The notes beneath the pieces were generated by a model. That model worked only from the letters and a program-made list of their open reading frames with translations, was not told the origin of the DNA and did no database searches. DNA of 63,242 nucleotides, filler included, from Rhabdomonas costata (Eukaryota), in the NCBI GenBank assembly GCA_019059605.1. It is 36 parts of 36 records of this genome, joined end to end, with 100 filler letters (N's around TTAATTAATTAA, not from the genome) between each part and the next. Parts side by side here need not be neighbours in the genome. Positions count along the whole stretch, not along the records: positions 24,632 to 26,290 come from JAHMHO010011140.1; positions 26,391 to 28,049 come from JAHMHO010011141.1; positions 28,150 to 29,808 come from JAHMHO010011142.1; positions 29,909 to 31,567 come from JAHMHO010011143.1; positions 31,668 to 33,325 come from JAHMHO010011144.1; positions 33,426 to 35,084 come from JAHMHO010011145.1; positions 35,185 to 36,843 come from JAHMHO010011146.1; positions 36,944 to 38,601 come from JAHMHO010011147.1; 28 more parts are not named here. One strand, 5' to 3'. A program made the translations under genes and the position numbers. Positions 24,701-37,205 of the stretch are shown here, piece by piece (positions within the stretch are counted from its first letter, which is position 1; the number at the start of each line of letters is the position of its first letter).

Positions 24701-27700
24701 ACGCTTGGGGAGGAGGGGAGGGCAAGGGCAGCGCCAGGCAGAGAGACATACAAGATAACAAAGAACACTGGAGCTGCGAGCGGCCGTTGGCATATTAACT
24801 GCTCGCAAATCATGCCCCCGCCCCCAACAATCAGACGTTCACGCGAAAGTTCACGCGAAGGATTGCTTAAATTTGAGAATCAGCTTTGGCGTATCTTTGA
24901 TTGAATGGTAAAACGCATCGTGCTTGCTTTGCTTTGTGGTGCGGCGTCATGGATGCGACGACACTGCCATTCATGGAAGAAGTGTGTCTCGCGGAAGGCT
25001 ACACGCGGCGGGTCGCTAATGCGAGCATTTTCATTGTATCCACCACACCTCGAAAAAAAGCCGATAGGCTCTTCCCAAACTGCAACCGGAAGATAGGACA
25101 AAGGGAGTCCTGTGCATCCGTATGTGACAACGCAGTTGCGGTGCTGTGATCCAATGGCAACCTCGAGCACCAACTAAATACTTCTTCCCTTGACGCTGCC
25201 CTACCTGTCAGGGTGTGCTGCCTGAGCTGCTTGTGTTCACCTCGGTCGCGTTTCCACACGGCTTTCCTGCTGTTGGCAGAGGTCAGCGTTGGGGGCGTTC
25301 AAAAGACTCCAACCCAGCCCAAGTTCTATGAGTTTTTGCGACTTCTGGCTGCGGGTGGTTGCGGGTGAGTGACCACCTTTCCTCTCACGAGAGCATTTAT
25401 GCCAGGGGGTTTATGCCGGTGGACCTCGGCCTTGACACATGGTGACTATGCACCCCATGGCTCCCAGCAGTGCTATAGGTGTGCAACGGACATCGTGGTG
25501 CAAAGCTTGAGAGAGAGAGAGAGACAAACACCCCTGATAATCAGAATTAACACTGGAGATCATAACGCCACTCATAATCACTATCACCTGATGGGAACTC
25601 CCTAACAGCTCAAAAGGGGCCTTTTTCCATGCATGCTTGGGCTTGTACTGAGTTCTCCCTTGAGTTCTCCTTGACCTGACGCGTTGTCAGGATCGGCTGC
25701 AGCCAGGCATTTGATATTCACAAAACCCGTTCTTTGCTTTCCTCGGAAGCAGTCAGTGGAACAAAAAGCTCGCACGGCACCACCTCATCGTGCAGCCACA
25801 TTGACGAACCCGCCAAGGCAAAGCGTGGCTTAAGGCAGAAGGCAAAAGAAGGAGGAGACCGTTTTGGACAACGGAGTCGAGTTGCACGCAGTTGCCCATA
25901 GCCCTAGAACGGACGTGCCGCTCACATTCACTTCACCAGCCTGGAGTAGCCTTCATATCAGGGCCAGTAGAAACCACCAATGAATGAAATTCAGGCACGC
26001 AAGAGTCAAGGAGTGTGCCTAACACAAGGAAGAATTGCAGGATTATATAGAAGAGAGAGAGAGAGAGAGAGGAGTTCGGCTTTGAACAGCACCTTCCGGC
26101 AGCACCTGAGAGAAGAATCCATAAGTCCAACTTGGTTTGCCAAGAATTTCGGTCTCTGCTCTTTGTGCACGCAGGTCACCAACAGATTCTCTGAGCAAAT
26201 TTAAACGGAGGTTTTGCCAGAGACTTGCGTTGCAAAAGCAACATTGGGTTCAAGGGCATCCCCAATGGGGGTGCCCTTGAACCCAAACCCNNNNNNNNNN
26301 NNNNNNNNNNNNNNNNNNNNNNNNNNNNNNNNNNTTAATTAATTAANNNNNNNNNNNNNNNNNNNNNNNNNNNNNNNNNNNNNNNNNNNNGTGGTGGTTT
26401 TTTCGCCTTTTTGGTCGACGTCAAAACCGCTCATCACATACACCCCACGCGAAGAACTTACCAAAAAGGCGAAAAAAGCAGCACACCATCAGCAGGTCGA
26501 CAGCCTGTTCGGTTTCAGTTGTTCAAACCCCCAAGATGCAAGGCAAGTGAATTTTCTTCTTTGAGGAGAGGATGGAAGGTACAAACTGATGACGAAAGCA
26601 CACGGTCGAGCGCTTGACAGACACATCTGCTCTGCGTATAACCTCACCACATGTATGGGTGCAGCTTCTATTTGGGCCCCTGCTGCGGCGGAGATTCTGG
26701 CAAAGGGCGAAGGCGAAGGAGCACCAGCGGCGAAACGAGGAGGCCCGTGACCAGGTCCCCATCTACTCATCCACTCGACCCACCCTCTCTTTCTCCTTGC
26801 TCGTACTCTGTGCTGGTTTGTGTTGTCCGAACAGGGTGTGCCGGAATATCTTTGCGGGCTGGTTCTATTCTGTGCTTATTTCCAATCGCACTGCAAATGG
26901 CTTTTCTGCCCTTGATTTTGCTATTCGCGCTGTTCAAGAGGTATTTGGAGCCAGGTGACCTCGAGATGCATAGGACGTGGGAAAGAGCAGTGGTGGGTGA
27001 TGTGGATAGGAAGCGGTTGTGGGGCTGGTGAGTTGCACACATAATATTGTCCGCTTCACTTGTGAGAACTGTCCATCAAATGAGAGCAAGTCGGACTTAA
27101 CAGCGAATAAAGAGCTGAAAAATGAAAAACCAAACTGAAATGACGCCTATTTACGCTGCCCACCTCCTTGCATTGACGCTTCCCATGTTTTTATCGTTGG
27201 ATTTCTAAAACTCTCACTTTTAATGTGAAGCGGGCCATATATCGCACGCTGGTCGTCACCGTATTTCAAATGCTAGGTGCCTCACTACGATGAAGGCATC
27301 TCGCGCTGTCAGTGTTTCCGCACATTAGTGTTTGGGTCATTACCTTCAATGGTTCAGATTCGGTTCGGCTTGCTCAGTCTCTCTCGTAGTTTTTCTGCCA
27401 CACAGATGGAGAACTTGCTTTGGCCGGAGAGGGCCACCAGGTGGGCTGTGTATGTTGACCCTGGGCTTTTCTTCTTTGGGACGGTATGCTCAGCTTCTTT
27501 TGTTTCCATTTCATTTTATTTTTGATTGCTTTTCTTTTCCCGTCGCGGGGCCTGTTTTATCATTGCCGCAGTGACAGTCTTTGGAAACTCGGGCTCGGGC
27601 GAGTTGTTTTTTGTCCCCACATTTTTTTTTTCTGCTTTTAAGCTCTGAAAAGACACCCCCCCCCCCCCAGAGTGTACACGTGCACACAGACCACAGGAAC

Positions 27701-28253
27701 AGCTGCTGGGCGGAGGGCCTCGTGTTGTGGGTATCTGGGGATTCTGTTTTTTTTTTAGCCGCCTATGTGGCACGAAAAGGATCACGTTAGGACGGTAGTG
27801 GGGTTAGAGCGGCTGAAGCGTAACATGGGTGAAGGTGGTGTAGGAGCGTTTCTGGCTGTTTCCTTCCTTTTTGCGGAATGCGGAGGGGAATTGATGGATA
27901 GTCGCAGCCACTCACACATGACTAGTAGTGAGTGTATCGCTGCTGTACGTATAAGCACATGGGTACAATCGCAGCTCACAAGGGAACGCCACAAGGACGC
28001 CATAGGACAAGAAATCATCCAAAGTCCGAGACATCAGTTCCCCACCAACNNNNNNNNNNNNNNNNNNNNNNNNNNNNNNNNNNNNNNNNNNNNTTAATTA
28101 ATTAANNNNNNNNNNNNNNNNNNNNNNNNNNNNNNNNNNNNNNNNNNNNGATTTTGTGGGTATTATTTGCTCTCTGTGCTGATTTGGGATCTGCGGATGT
28201 GCTGTCCACCCTAGCTTTACTCTATCACGTGGAACTCGAGGTCACAAACATAC

Positions 28254-29687
28254 CGGTACGTCAGCACCTCGGCCGCACAGAACGCTAGTGGGGCCTCAAA
28301 TGTGCTGCCACGACGCAGAGTCTCTAGAAAAAGCCTCAGGCAGGCACGGGTGCGACGAAGGGCGACAGCGCGGGCCTGGGGCCCGCCCTCTCCAGTGCCA
28401 CAAGGCGACTCGGGTGGCCCCAAGTGGGCCTGCACACGCTCTGCTTCATCCTATGTGCAGAGAGGCCACCGCGCCGGGAACAGGTCATCGTTGCTGTGCT
28501 TGTTCCTGCCATTCGGGCGCGACCGACTTGAGAGACATCATTTTTTGACTAACTATGTGCTGACTCTCCAGCCCCCGCAGGAAAGAGAGATGGCAAGTTG
28601 AAAAGCAGACCCTGAAAAAGTAAAAAGCGAGGAAGACATTCACACTAAACCATACGCGTTGAGCCAAAAGGCGAAGCAACGTTGCAGGGAGGGGCTGGGA
28701 CGATAAAAAATGCGACAGCATTCGAAGCAGTCCGAAATCAGAATTGGGGAAAAAGGACCGGGGGCGCGCAACGCAGGAAAGAAAGTCCATCGGCGAACAC
28801 AGTGAGGATGTTCACCTCCTGCCAAAGCTGCGCAACCCGAAGCAGCAGGGGCTGAGTCTCGGGCCTAGCCAGCCACCCGGGATGCTCCTTGGCCAAGTGG
28901 GACACCAGCACCGCAGCTCGATGGGGAGCCAGCGCAGAGAGACCTCGAGGACTTGAACTTGGGAGGGAAGGCTGCCCCTCGAAGCCCTGGCTCAGCACAG
29001 TGGGCTGCACAAAGCCCAACCACCACCTCTATCACCATAATCGCAAAGTGCTGCTTAGGCGCCATGCCTTGAAAAAATGATCAATGCAAGCAAAACTACT
29101 TCCACTTTCAGCAATCTTGTTGGTGCCGGCAGAGCATGAGAGCAACATCCCAACTCCATTAAATCGGACCCACGGTGATCCCTCCCGCAATTCTCGGTTG
29201 CAAAGACCTACCAATACCTGTAAAGAGAGGCTCACGACCAAGGAAGACAGCTACAATCCCCTGCCATTGCAAAGAAATCTGACTCCTGGGTGTTTTGTGA
29301 TGGGGTCCGCCAACTGGGATGCTACGTCACATGATACCGCACTCTTGCTCCGGTCGCTCCCTCGTAAACCAGAATGTGAAACCAAGAGAAGTGGATGTTC
29401 GGAAAGGAGTGGTTCCGGCTGCAACGTGTGTGTGAGTGGAGATTGAATTGCACCTGGCTGCAAAGCAGTGCGTTGCAAAACGGACTGCTGGAGTCGCCAT
29501 CCTCGGAGTCAGGGTCGACGGGAAGGGGGTCGAGGGTGGCCACTCCGCGGTCCCCACAGGGCAGCCGCGCAGGGGCCTCCCGAAGCACCGCAAGCAGAAT
29601 CAGAAGCCAGTGATCGTCCAGTTCCGTCAGCGCCGCGGGCAGCAGGAACGCCACGGCGGGCTCTGGGTGCCGGTCCAGCACAGTTCT
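28254..29687 (-). CDS. TRRAP/Tra1-like (PIKK-family HEAT region), three exons: 29687-29454, 29004-28816, 28429-28254
   Basis: Three phase-compatible exons, all with gtgcag acceptors. RHPEPAVAF..L..LDDHW..I..., VLVSHLAKEHPGWLA...LL..VAQLW and ..CLRLFL..LRR......LAF...EVLTYR follow the order and spacing I recall for the TRRAP/Tra1 central HEAT region. Confidence 0.62.
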
Positions 29688-30464
29688 CTGCACAGAGAGC
29701 GCCAAAGGACAGAGATGAAAGGGGCTGAAGGGGTCGTAATCCCCGAATTCCAATTTTCCAATTTGCACAGCCTATGCACCACCAAAGCACTGCTGGAGTC
29801 GCCATCCTNNNNNNNNNNNNNNNNNNNNNNNNNNNNNNNNNNNNNNNNNNNNTTAATTAATTAANNNNNNNNNNNNNNNNNNNNNNNNNNNNNNNNNNNN
29901 NNNNNNNNGTTTTGTTGGGGAAGAGCCGCAGCTGCTGTTGCAAAATGCAGTGGACCCTGGACGGGCTCACTGCAGTCTTCAGGGTTCGCGGTCCTCTCCA
30001 ACTCTCCAACGACCCCTGCCTTCTGATCCGGCGTGGAGTCACATGCACAGGCCTCTGCTGCTTTAAATGGGCCACCCACTACCAGTACTGTCCGGCGTGG
30101 TGGGTCTTCTCCCGCTCCCGTCGCAAAGCTCTCTCTGGGGAGCCGCTACGCTGGAGCACCTTCCGCCAACGTTCTCAACCGTAGCTACCACGCCACTGCG
30201 TTCAAATGTCTTTGCGATTGTATCGGGAAAACTAGAGAAACACTGCGAACGGAACGGAACGTAGAACCCCCACGAAAAAATGGTGTACCCTCCCTCGGGT
30301 CCCAAGCTTTGAACAACTTTTTTATTCAAAAGTCATATTGGGATATTTTCTACGGGACACCCTGAAAATTCAACTTTTGATTGTGGTTCTTCTGGCAATA
30401 GGGGGGATGCGGTCACCGTCCCCCCCCCCCCCAGGGCAGGGTGCACTTGGGAAGTTACGCAGAC

Positions 30465-31556
30465 CTTCTCATAGAACTCCACGAGGGTGTCCAGGGTCAG
30501 CCTGGGCAACGACTTCAAGCAGTGCAAGACCGTGGAGTTTCCCTTGGAATCGGGGGTGCCCACATCCAGGGAATCAACTGTGAAAGCGGAAGGCACCCAG
30601 ACTGGAGGCAAAACCCAAATCCCGCGACGTGCTCACTTTTCCGGATCAAGACAGCAAAGCGAAAAAATTCTCCCAGCAAGAGACTAAGAATACATTCGGA
30701 GGGAAACGGTGCTGAGACTCTGCAGTTCAGCAGAGATCGCACACTTGTCGAGGCATTTCCGCTACTGTCCAAGTTGGGGCACACCTTGGACGGAAGCTGA
30801 TTAAAGCCTCCACAACACTGCGAGAGCACCTGCTATTCAATAGAGGTGAGTGGGAACTCGATTGCCACACACAACGAAGAGCCTACACGATATATATGAT
30901 TGGGCACAAAGTAAAAACTATAAGACTGAAGGAAACACCACCAGAAAGACCCCGTGGCGTGCAAATCGCAACATCCGTCTGCATTACTTTTGAATTTCAT
31001 CGGAATGAAAAGGAGGGCTCAGAACGGGATGCAGTCAACAAAGTTGAGCCCCCCAGGGCGATCAGCGCGATAAGGGGGCATCAATCTCATGCAAACGGAA
31101 AGCCAAGTGAGAAAACATGCACATAGCCGCCGGTAAAAACCGAACAAGGGCCTTCCATGTCGGGCCCAGGGGGAATCAAACCTGGAGTTCCCTGCCCTGT
31201 GAAAGTTTTCTTCTACGTGCAGAATCTCCGCCTCCTCCGGGCTAGAATACGAGGGAGCAGCACCTGAACCCGAACAATATAAAATGAAAAAAAAAGAGTG
31301 ACAAACCTGAGCGGAGAAGCCGCGTACCCACTTTGTGAACAGCAATGCTGCTGACTTCCAGCTCCTCGTCCGCGGAAGTATCCGAACCGGAAATGGCGTA
31401 CAGCGGCTCGTACACCGGCAAAACCTGGGCCTTGCCTGGCACCGTGATCGTGGCAACGTGGCGGAACCGGAAGGCCTCCTGGGCACCTTCTCTGGTGGTG
31501 CCGGATACCAGCACCACGGTGCGGAATTTCTGCATTTCACGACCAAGAACCACCAC
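30465..31556 (-). CDS. Class III adenylate/guanylate cyclase, C-terminal part of catalytic domain (exons about 31556-31328, 30577-30465)
   Basis: KFRTVVLVSGTTREGAQEAFRFRHVATITVPGKAQVLPVYEP matches the ilvSexT...f.fR....i.vkGK..pv.vYE tail. Confidence 0.82.
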
Positions 31557-31717
31557 AACCCAAACACNNNNNNNNNNNNNNNNNNNNNNNNNNNNNNNNN
31601 NNNNNNNNNNNTTAATTAATTAANNNNNNNNNNNNNNNNNNNNNNNNNNNNNNNNNNNNNNNNNNNNTGTTTTTTTTTATGACCGCTAAGCGTGACTGGG
31701 GTTGGGCGATTCGTCAG

Positions 31718-32442
31718 GCGGACATTGCGATCAATTGGTCTGGGGGGCTGCACCACGCCAAGAAGTCCGAGGCTAGCGGGTTCTGCTACATCAATGACAT
31801 CGTGCTGGGCATCCTGGAGCTACTGAAGTACCACCAGCGCGTGCTCTACGTAGATATCGATGTGCACCACGGGGATGGGGTGGAGGTGTGAACCTCGGGC
31901 ATGTTCTTGTTTCCGGGCAAAGTGAACCGAGTAAAGGAATTTCATTAGACCGTGCTTTCGTTGGACCATTTCCGCCGTTAACTTTTGTGTGGATATCCTT
32001 CTCAGAAATATGCAAAGGGGAGGTGAAAAGTTCACAACAACGTTACGATGCAACTTGTTAAACACGGGCGAGTTATGAAACGCTTTCTTCCTCGTTCCAG
32101 GAGCAATAAGAGCAAGCTTCTACTTCGATGCATCCTGGTGAGCCCATTTCCACAAACCCTCTTACAGATGCCGCTGAGAACAATCACGATGTTTTGTTTT
32201 CATTTGGTAAGTTACCCGGAGAAGTGGTGCTTCTGGTCTGGGGGCGATTTTTGTCCTTGAAAACGATTTTCGTTTTCTCACCTTGAGTGGTTTCGTGGCC
32301 TTTGTAGGAAGCCTTTTACACCACGGATCGGGTGATGACAGTGTCCTTCCACAAGTACGGCAACTTCTTTCCTGGTACGGGAGACGTTTGCGACATCGGG
32401 GCACGCAATGGGAAGTACTACGCAGTGAACTTTCCTTTGAAG
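31718..32442 (+). CDS. Class I histone deacetylase (RPD3/HDAC1-like), exons 31718-31885 and 32308-32442
   Basis: [79 protein letters not shown]...[11 protein letters not shown]. Confidence 0.98.
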
Positions 32443-32839
32443 GTCACATGTGCTTCTTTTTTCCTCGAGCCCTCTTTCAGCCCTTTCAGCTCCTTTTCCT
32501 ACTTTACGTACTGTAATTTGTGCTGATGCTGTGAACGTGCTCGGCAAGTGTCCCTTGGGTCTAGTGATCGGCTTGGAACCTCTGGGTTCCAAGTTTTTTC
32601 GGGGGGATGGGTGATGTTAAACAGCTCAACATGTTTCGAGAGCAGAGGTTGGGCAGTGTGCGTGCAAATCACTCCAAGAGTCGAAGCCGTCAGAGCAGCT
32701 TTTTTCCTCCTGTGACACCGCTAGAACCGCTCAGCTCCCACAACCACTTTATAAATTGATAGGCATATGTGGAGCAGTGTATCAAAGGCAGGTTCCCCCC
32801 AGAGGAACGGAGCATAAGAAACCTTTCAATAGGGGGGAA

Positions 32840-33320
32840 GTGTCCAGCCTTAATGTACGCAATCAAAGAAGGCCAAGGATCATCCCCACGGAGATTAGAA
32901 CGTCACTGGAACTCTTTCAAAGTAGAGAAAATGTGGTCTTCTTGGACCCCACCGCGGGCATTCCACCAGGTCTTCAGGCGACCCCACCAGCCATCAATGG
33001 TGTTGGTGAGCTGTAGTCCACGTAATCGTGCTTGCATCCGATTTCCTTAGCAATGATCACGTAGGCCCTTGCGCCATCAGTATACATTGTGGAGCCCTTT
33101 CTGATGTAATGCTCGCACAACATGGTGAGCTCATCCGCCCTAGGAGGTCCAAACCTCCTTTCCCAAAGGTCACCCGCTTTGACCTAATGAGAACACCGGT
33201 CTCACGGTCCACACAACCCCATATGTCCCCCTTGACCAGAGTTTTGTGACCGTAACACCCTTCTGCCTACGCCCAATCTCTGTTTCATCAGCTTCCACGA
33301 CGTGAGAACGGCCTCCCACC
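32840..33320 (-). mobile_element. Decayed Merlin / IS1595 (ISXO2-like) DDE transposase fragment
   Basis: Manual translation across frameshifts: VGGRSHVVEADETEIGRRQKG..GHKTLVKGDIWGCVDRETG..YIRKGSTMYTDGARAY..CKHDYVDYS..TNTIDGWWGRLK..GG..TLKEFQ*RSN, matching GG..VExDE, TD, TNTIE.W..LK and EFxWRxN. Absent from the ORF track. Confidence 0.9.
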
Positions 33321-34193
33321 ACACANNNNNNNNNNNNNNNNNNNNNNNNNNNNNNNNNNNNNNNNNNNNTTAATTAATTAANNNNNNNNNNNNNNNNNNN
33401 NNNNNNNNNNNNNNNNNNNNNNNNNGTTGGTTTGGGTTTAAGGGCATCCCGTGAGGGCGTGTGGAAAGAGGACGAACCTATTTTTTGTTTGAGCTTCCGC
33501 CACGGCTCCTTGTACTTCGGTGCGATCCATTGCCTTTGCTTTGAGCTCTTGCAGGTCCAAAGCAGACAACTGTGTGAAAGCGGTTGGTGTGTGTGTGAAA
33601 GAAGTGTCAGCGATAGCGATTGTCTTGGGGGTCGGGGCTCGTCGATTCTCCCGCTAACGCTGCAATTCAGGACTGAATCTAGCGGTATATGGTTGCTGTG
33701 TAAACCCTATAAAACCCCATGATCCTCCAGAAACCTAAATTGCTGTCACCAGTATCTCCAGTGTGCCCAGTTGCAATCGCCGGCATGAAATTATACACCT
33801 GTTCCTGCAGCGTACCCTTTTCTGCACCCTCGGGCAACTTCGCCTGTGACATTGTCCACAATGACTCGGTCGTGCTTGCGTGGTCGCATGCGCCTGCTCA
33901 TTTTTTTCGTGGGTCCTCACCACAGCCCAGCTTTTTTATAGGTTAGCGTTTCCTTTCATACCCTGCAGCCTCCCTTTTAGCACGTTTCACCCGTGTCTCT
34001 TGATTCTTCAGCTCCGTTTGTTGCAACCCCCCTGTTTTTTGTTTTTTTTAGAGAGGGGGAAAATAGATCTGTGTTATACCCATTGTGGTGGCGTGGGTTG
34101 GTAAAAAAAAGTCTGTTGCTGGTTTTTTCGCCCCTTTGCGGGAGCGGGTAGCCTGTTAGGGTGAGGTGCAGTTTTTCTGACTATTTCCTCCAG

Positions 34194-34609
34194 TTTTTTC
34201 ACCGGAGAGGATGATGAGCACTGGGGTGCAGTCCCCAACCGCAGGCGGACGGGCCCCCGCGATGGAGGGTCTCAACCACTGCACCATCGTCGTCAACTTC
34301 CTCACCGCCCTCCTGCGCACCGAGCAGAGGCTGAACTCCCCGGCCTCCCCCGTAGGAATGGGGCACTCGCCCGTTGCTGCGGGGGGCTACGGGGGACCCT
34401 CCGCAACCGCGGCGGCGGCCTCCGCAGACCCGTACAAGTTCCTGTCCAACTACTTCCAGCACAGCCCCTCGGAGATTCGCAGCCTGTTCACCCAGGTGCT
34501 GGGGCACTGTGCCACCGTGAACCGCATTCGAGCAGGCCTGCTGGCCGGGACTCGACCCATGCCGGGCCCCACCACAGCCGTGCCGCCTGCCACGGCGCAG
34601 ACTCCCCAA
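34194..34609 (+). CDS. Exon of a hypothetical protein (MEGLNHCTIVVNFLTALLRTEQRL...DPYKFLSNYFQHSPSEIRSLFTQVLGHC...)
   Basis: GC3-rich codons, polypyrimidine-cag acceptor; 3' boundary approximate; family not recognised. Confidence 0.65.
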
Positions 34610-37120
34610 GTGGTGCACTTTTATATTTTGCCCTTCCATTACTTTTTGCGCGGTGCTTGGCATATTCGCCAATCATCACGACAATAGGCTGACCCTTTTC
34701 CTGTCTGATTAGTGTTGTGTGCTCCATCTCATGTCAAAGGTGAGAGCGCACGTGGACTTTTGCTGGTGTTTTGCCTTACGCAGTTGGCCAGCATGCCTCC
34801 TCTCCAAAAGTTACTGCTCACTGTTTTTGCTCTTTTCCATTATTCCATTGCCCCCCCTCTCTCTCTTTGCCTTTCTGCTTGGTTTCTGCCGGAGTTTCGA
34901 GAGTGGTCTTTCATGTGAAAGAGGAGGAGCCTTTCACAAGATGAACTCTGGCCCAAAATGGAAGGGTCAAAATGGAATCGAATGTGCACAGCTGCATGGA
35001 AGCGAAGGTGTCCTTTTCTTATGCGGAGTTTTGCGAATTTCGAAAACCACACCGCGCCGCGCACCTTTCCCCTTCCCACACAACNNNNNNNNNNNNNNNN
35101 NNNNNNNNNNNNNNNNNNNNNNNNNNNNTTAATTAATTAANNNNNNNNNNNNNNNNNNNNNNNNNNNNNNNNNNNNNNNNNNNNGGGGGTTGGGGCGGAT
35201 GGGAAGATAGGGTGGGATCCCCGCCACGGAATTCCTGAATTTTGGGGGATTTCGTAGGGCCGAGGCAGTTTCTCTTTCCGAGTGTGCCACGAACCATCGC
35301 TTTCCTCTGCAGCTCTTCTGGCGACATGTGTGGGTTGGCCTGACCTAGCCACAGTCTCTCGTTTTGCTTCCAAGCGATTCGGTTTTGGCGAAACGGCTGG
35401 AAAGCTACTAGCCGCTCGCACATCGGTTTCCCCACGCACAAGCGCGCAGTGTTTTGGTTTTGTTGTTGCGCCGGTGTGTTGATTTCTAGTCCTGTTGCAC
35501 AGCTTTAGCTTTTAGCGACCTTCACCTTCACCTTCGCTCCAGACAGTGCATCGCTCAGGACTTTTGGCTGTGTTTTTCCTGCAAGAGTGTTCCGTGACGA
35601 CACCTGGAGGGGTGGATGAATGTTTCCTCGTAACATCTCATCTTGAGCACTGGTGAATCTAATTGACATGCACGTGCCACGCCCTTTCTGGTTGCACCCC
35701 ACCACCACCAGACAGATACATTTCAGCTTAAGTGAGATGAGAAAAGTTATGACGGCTAGCAGTGCCAAATGTTTGGCCTCTTGTATTTTTGGGGACGGGG
35801 TGGGTGGGTGGCGTTAAACGTTTTGTAGTGCTAAACGGCAGAAATTTCCAAACCTCCCTCAAATTAAAACATGTCTGTCTAGTGTTCGGAAAAACAGTAT
35901 GCATAACCCCAGTTTGCTAAAATAAATGCATTTAGAGATACGCCAATTGTCGAAACTCCACACAGTGCCCTGTTCGCCCACTCAGGCGAAGGACCAGAAA
36001 TCGTCCTCATCCCTTCTTGAGGTCGAAACACCCCCTCCCCGGTGCCGTTGCCAGACTGTCTGAAAAATTACACTTCAAAAAATTGCAGACATTCCAAATT
36101 ACTCAGGCCAAAAAATTATCTGTACAAGCAGCGGATAAACTGTAGTTTAGTAACACAGAGGTACGGCTACCGTTAACTGAGACTAGTGGGAAGCGCGGAC
36201 CTGCAATAAGCAAAGTATCAATCAGGATACAGCCCAAGCAGATCGATAGCAGCAGCAGCAGCAGCCAGCATTTAGTCTTGGGCCAGGTGTTTCTTCGGCG
36301 CAGCGATTCGACTCGGCAGGTTACCCTGCGGTGTCCATGGTTGTGATCGCAAGAGGGTGAAACTGTTACGAAAAAAATTCATTTGTTAGCATTTTGGTGT
36401 ATACTCTCTGCACGTAACTTTAACGAGTGCGATGCAGTTGGCGATTATTTTTTCTCCGTAGTGCTGCACCTTTTCCGACCTTTCGACCTTTGTTTCTTCT
36501 TGTATCTTTCTGCATTGCTTTCTGCTCGGTTCAATGGCAGCCTTCCCTGGCCCTTCGGCTCAACAGAACGTGCTCCAGCTGTCTACTACATTGGCGACAC
36601 CGGTGTGGTTCCGTACTTTTTTTCCTTCCATTTTTTCGTTTTTAAGAATTTTTATTTTTCCATAGGAGAGAACGGACTTTCCTCTGTGCAGCTGAGGAAA
36701 GCTGTTTCTATAGATTAGCCGAGCTTCGTTATTTGGGTTCAGGCCGTGAGATATTGTCCGGACTGTCCTGTGCATGACAGGGTCAGGTGAGGCTGCGCAG
36801 GTCTTCTCGCCTGCCCAGGGCTTACATAGCAACACAACCCCCANNNNNNNNNNNNNNNNNNNNNNNNNNNNNNNNNNNNNNNNNNNNTTAATTAATTAAN
36901 NNNNNNNNNNNNNNNNNNNNNNNNNNNNNNNNNNNNNNNNNNNGTTTTGTGGGGCCGGTTCTGAGAGCGGGCGGCTGGCGGCTGCCTGGGGGGACGAGGA
37001 TTTTTGGAGTGGTCGAAGGTGTCTGCCGTCCAATGAAAGCGTTTCGAGGAGAAATAACCTCTCCCCGCCCCCACCGCACGGTCGAAGATAGTTGTCTACT
37101 TGAAAAGCACGAAAGGACAC

Positions 37121-37205
37121 CTTGGGCAAAGGCCAGGGGCATCTGCCACAGAAGGGTGGCGGTCAGCAGCCACACCGACGCTCTCACGGTGCTGCCAGAA
37201 GTCAT
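37121..37205 (-). CDS. Probable first coding exon with signal peptide (MTSGSTVRASVWLLTATLLWQMPLAFAQ)
   Basis: ATG, hydrophobic core, AFA cleavage motif and GT donor; an AG acceptor about 50 nt upstream could be a 5'-UTR or trans-splice site. Confidence 0.5.

Noticed and set aside
32903..32905. TGA at a conserved Trp as evidence for a variant genetic code
   Set aside because: It lies in a frameshifted transposon relic; Trp is TGG in the intact exons and TGA terminates the Rab7-like gene.
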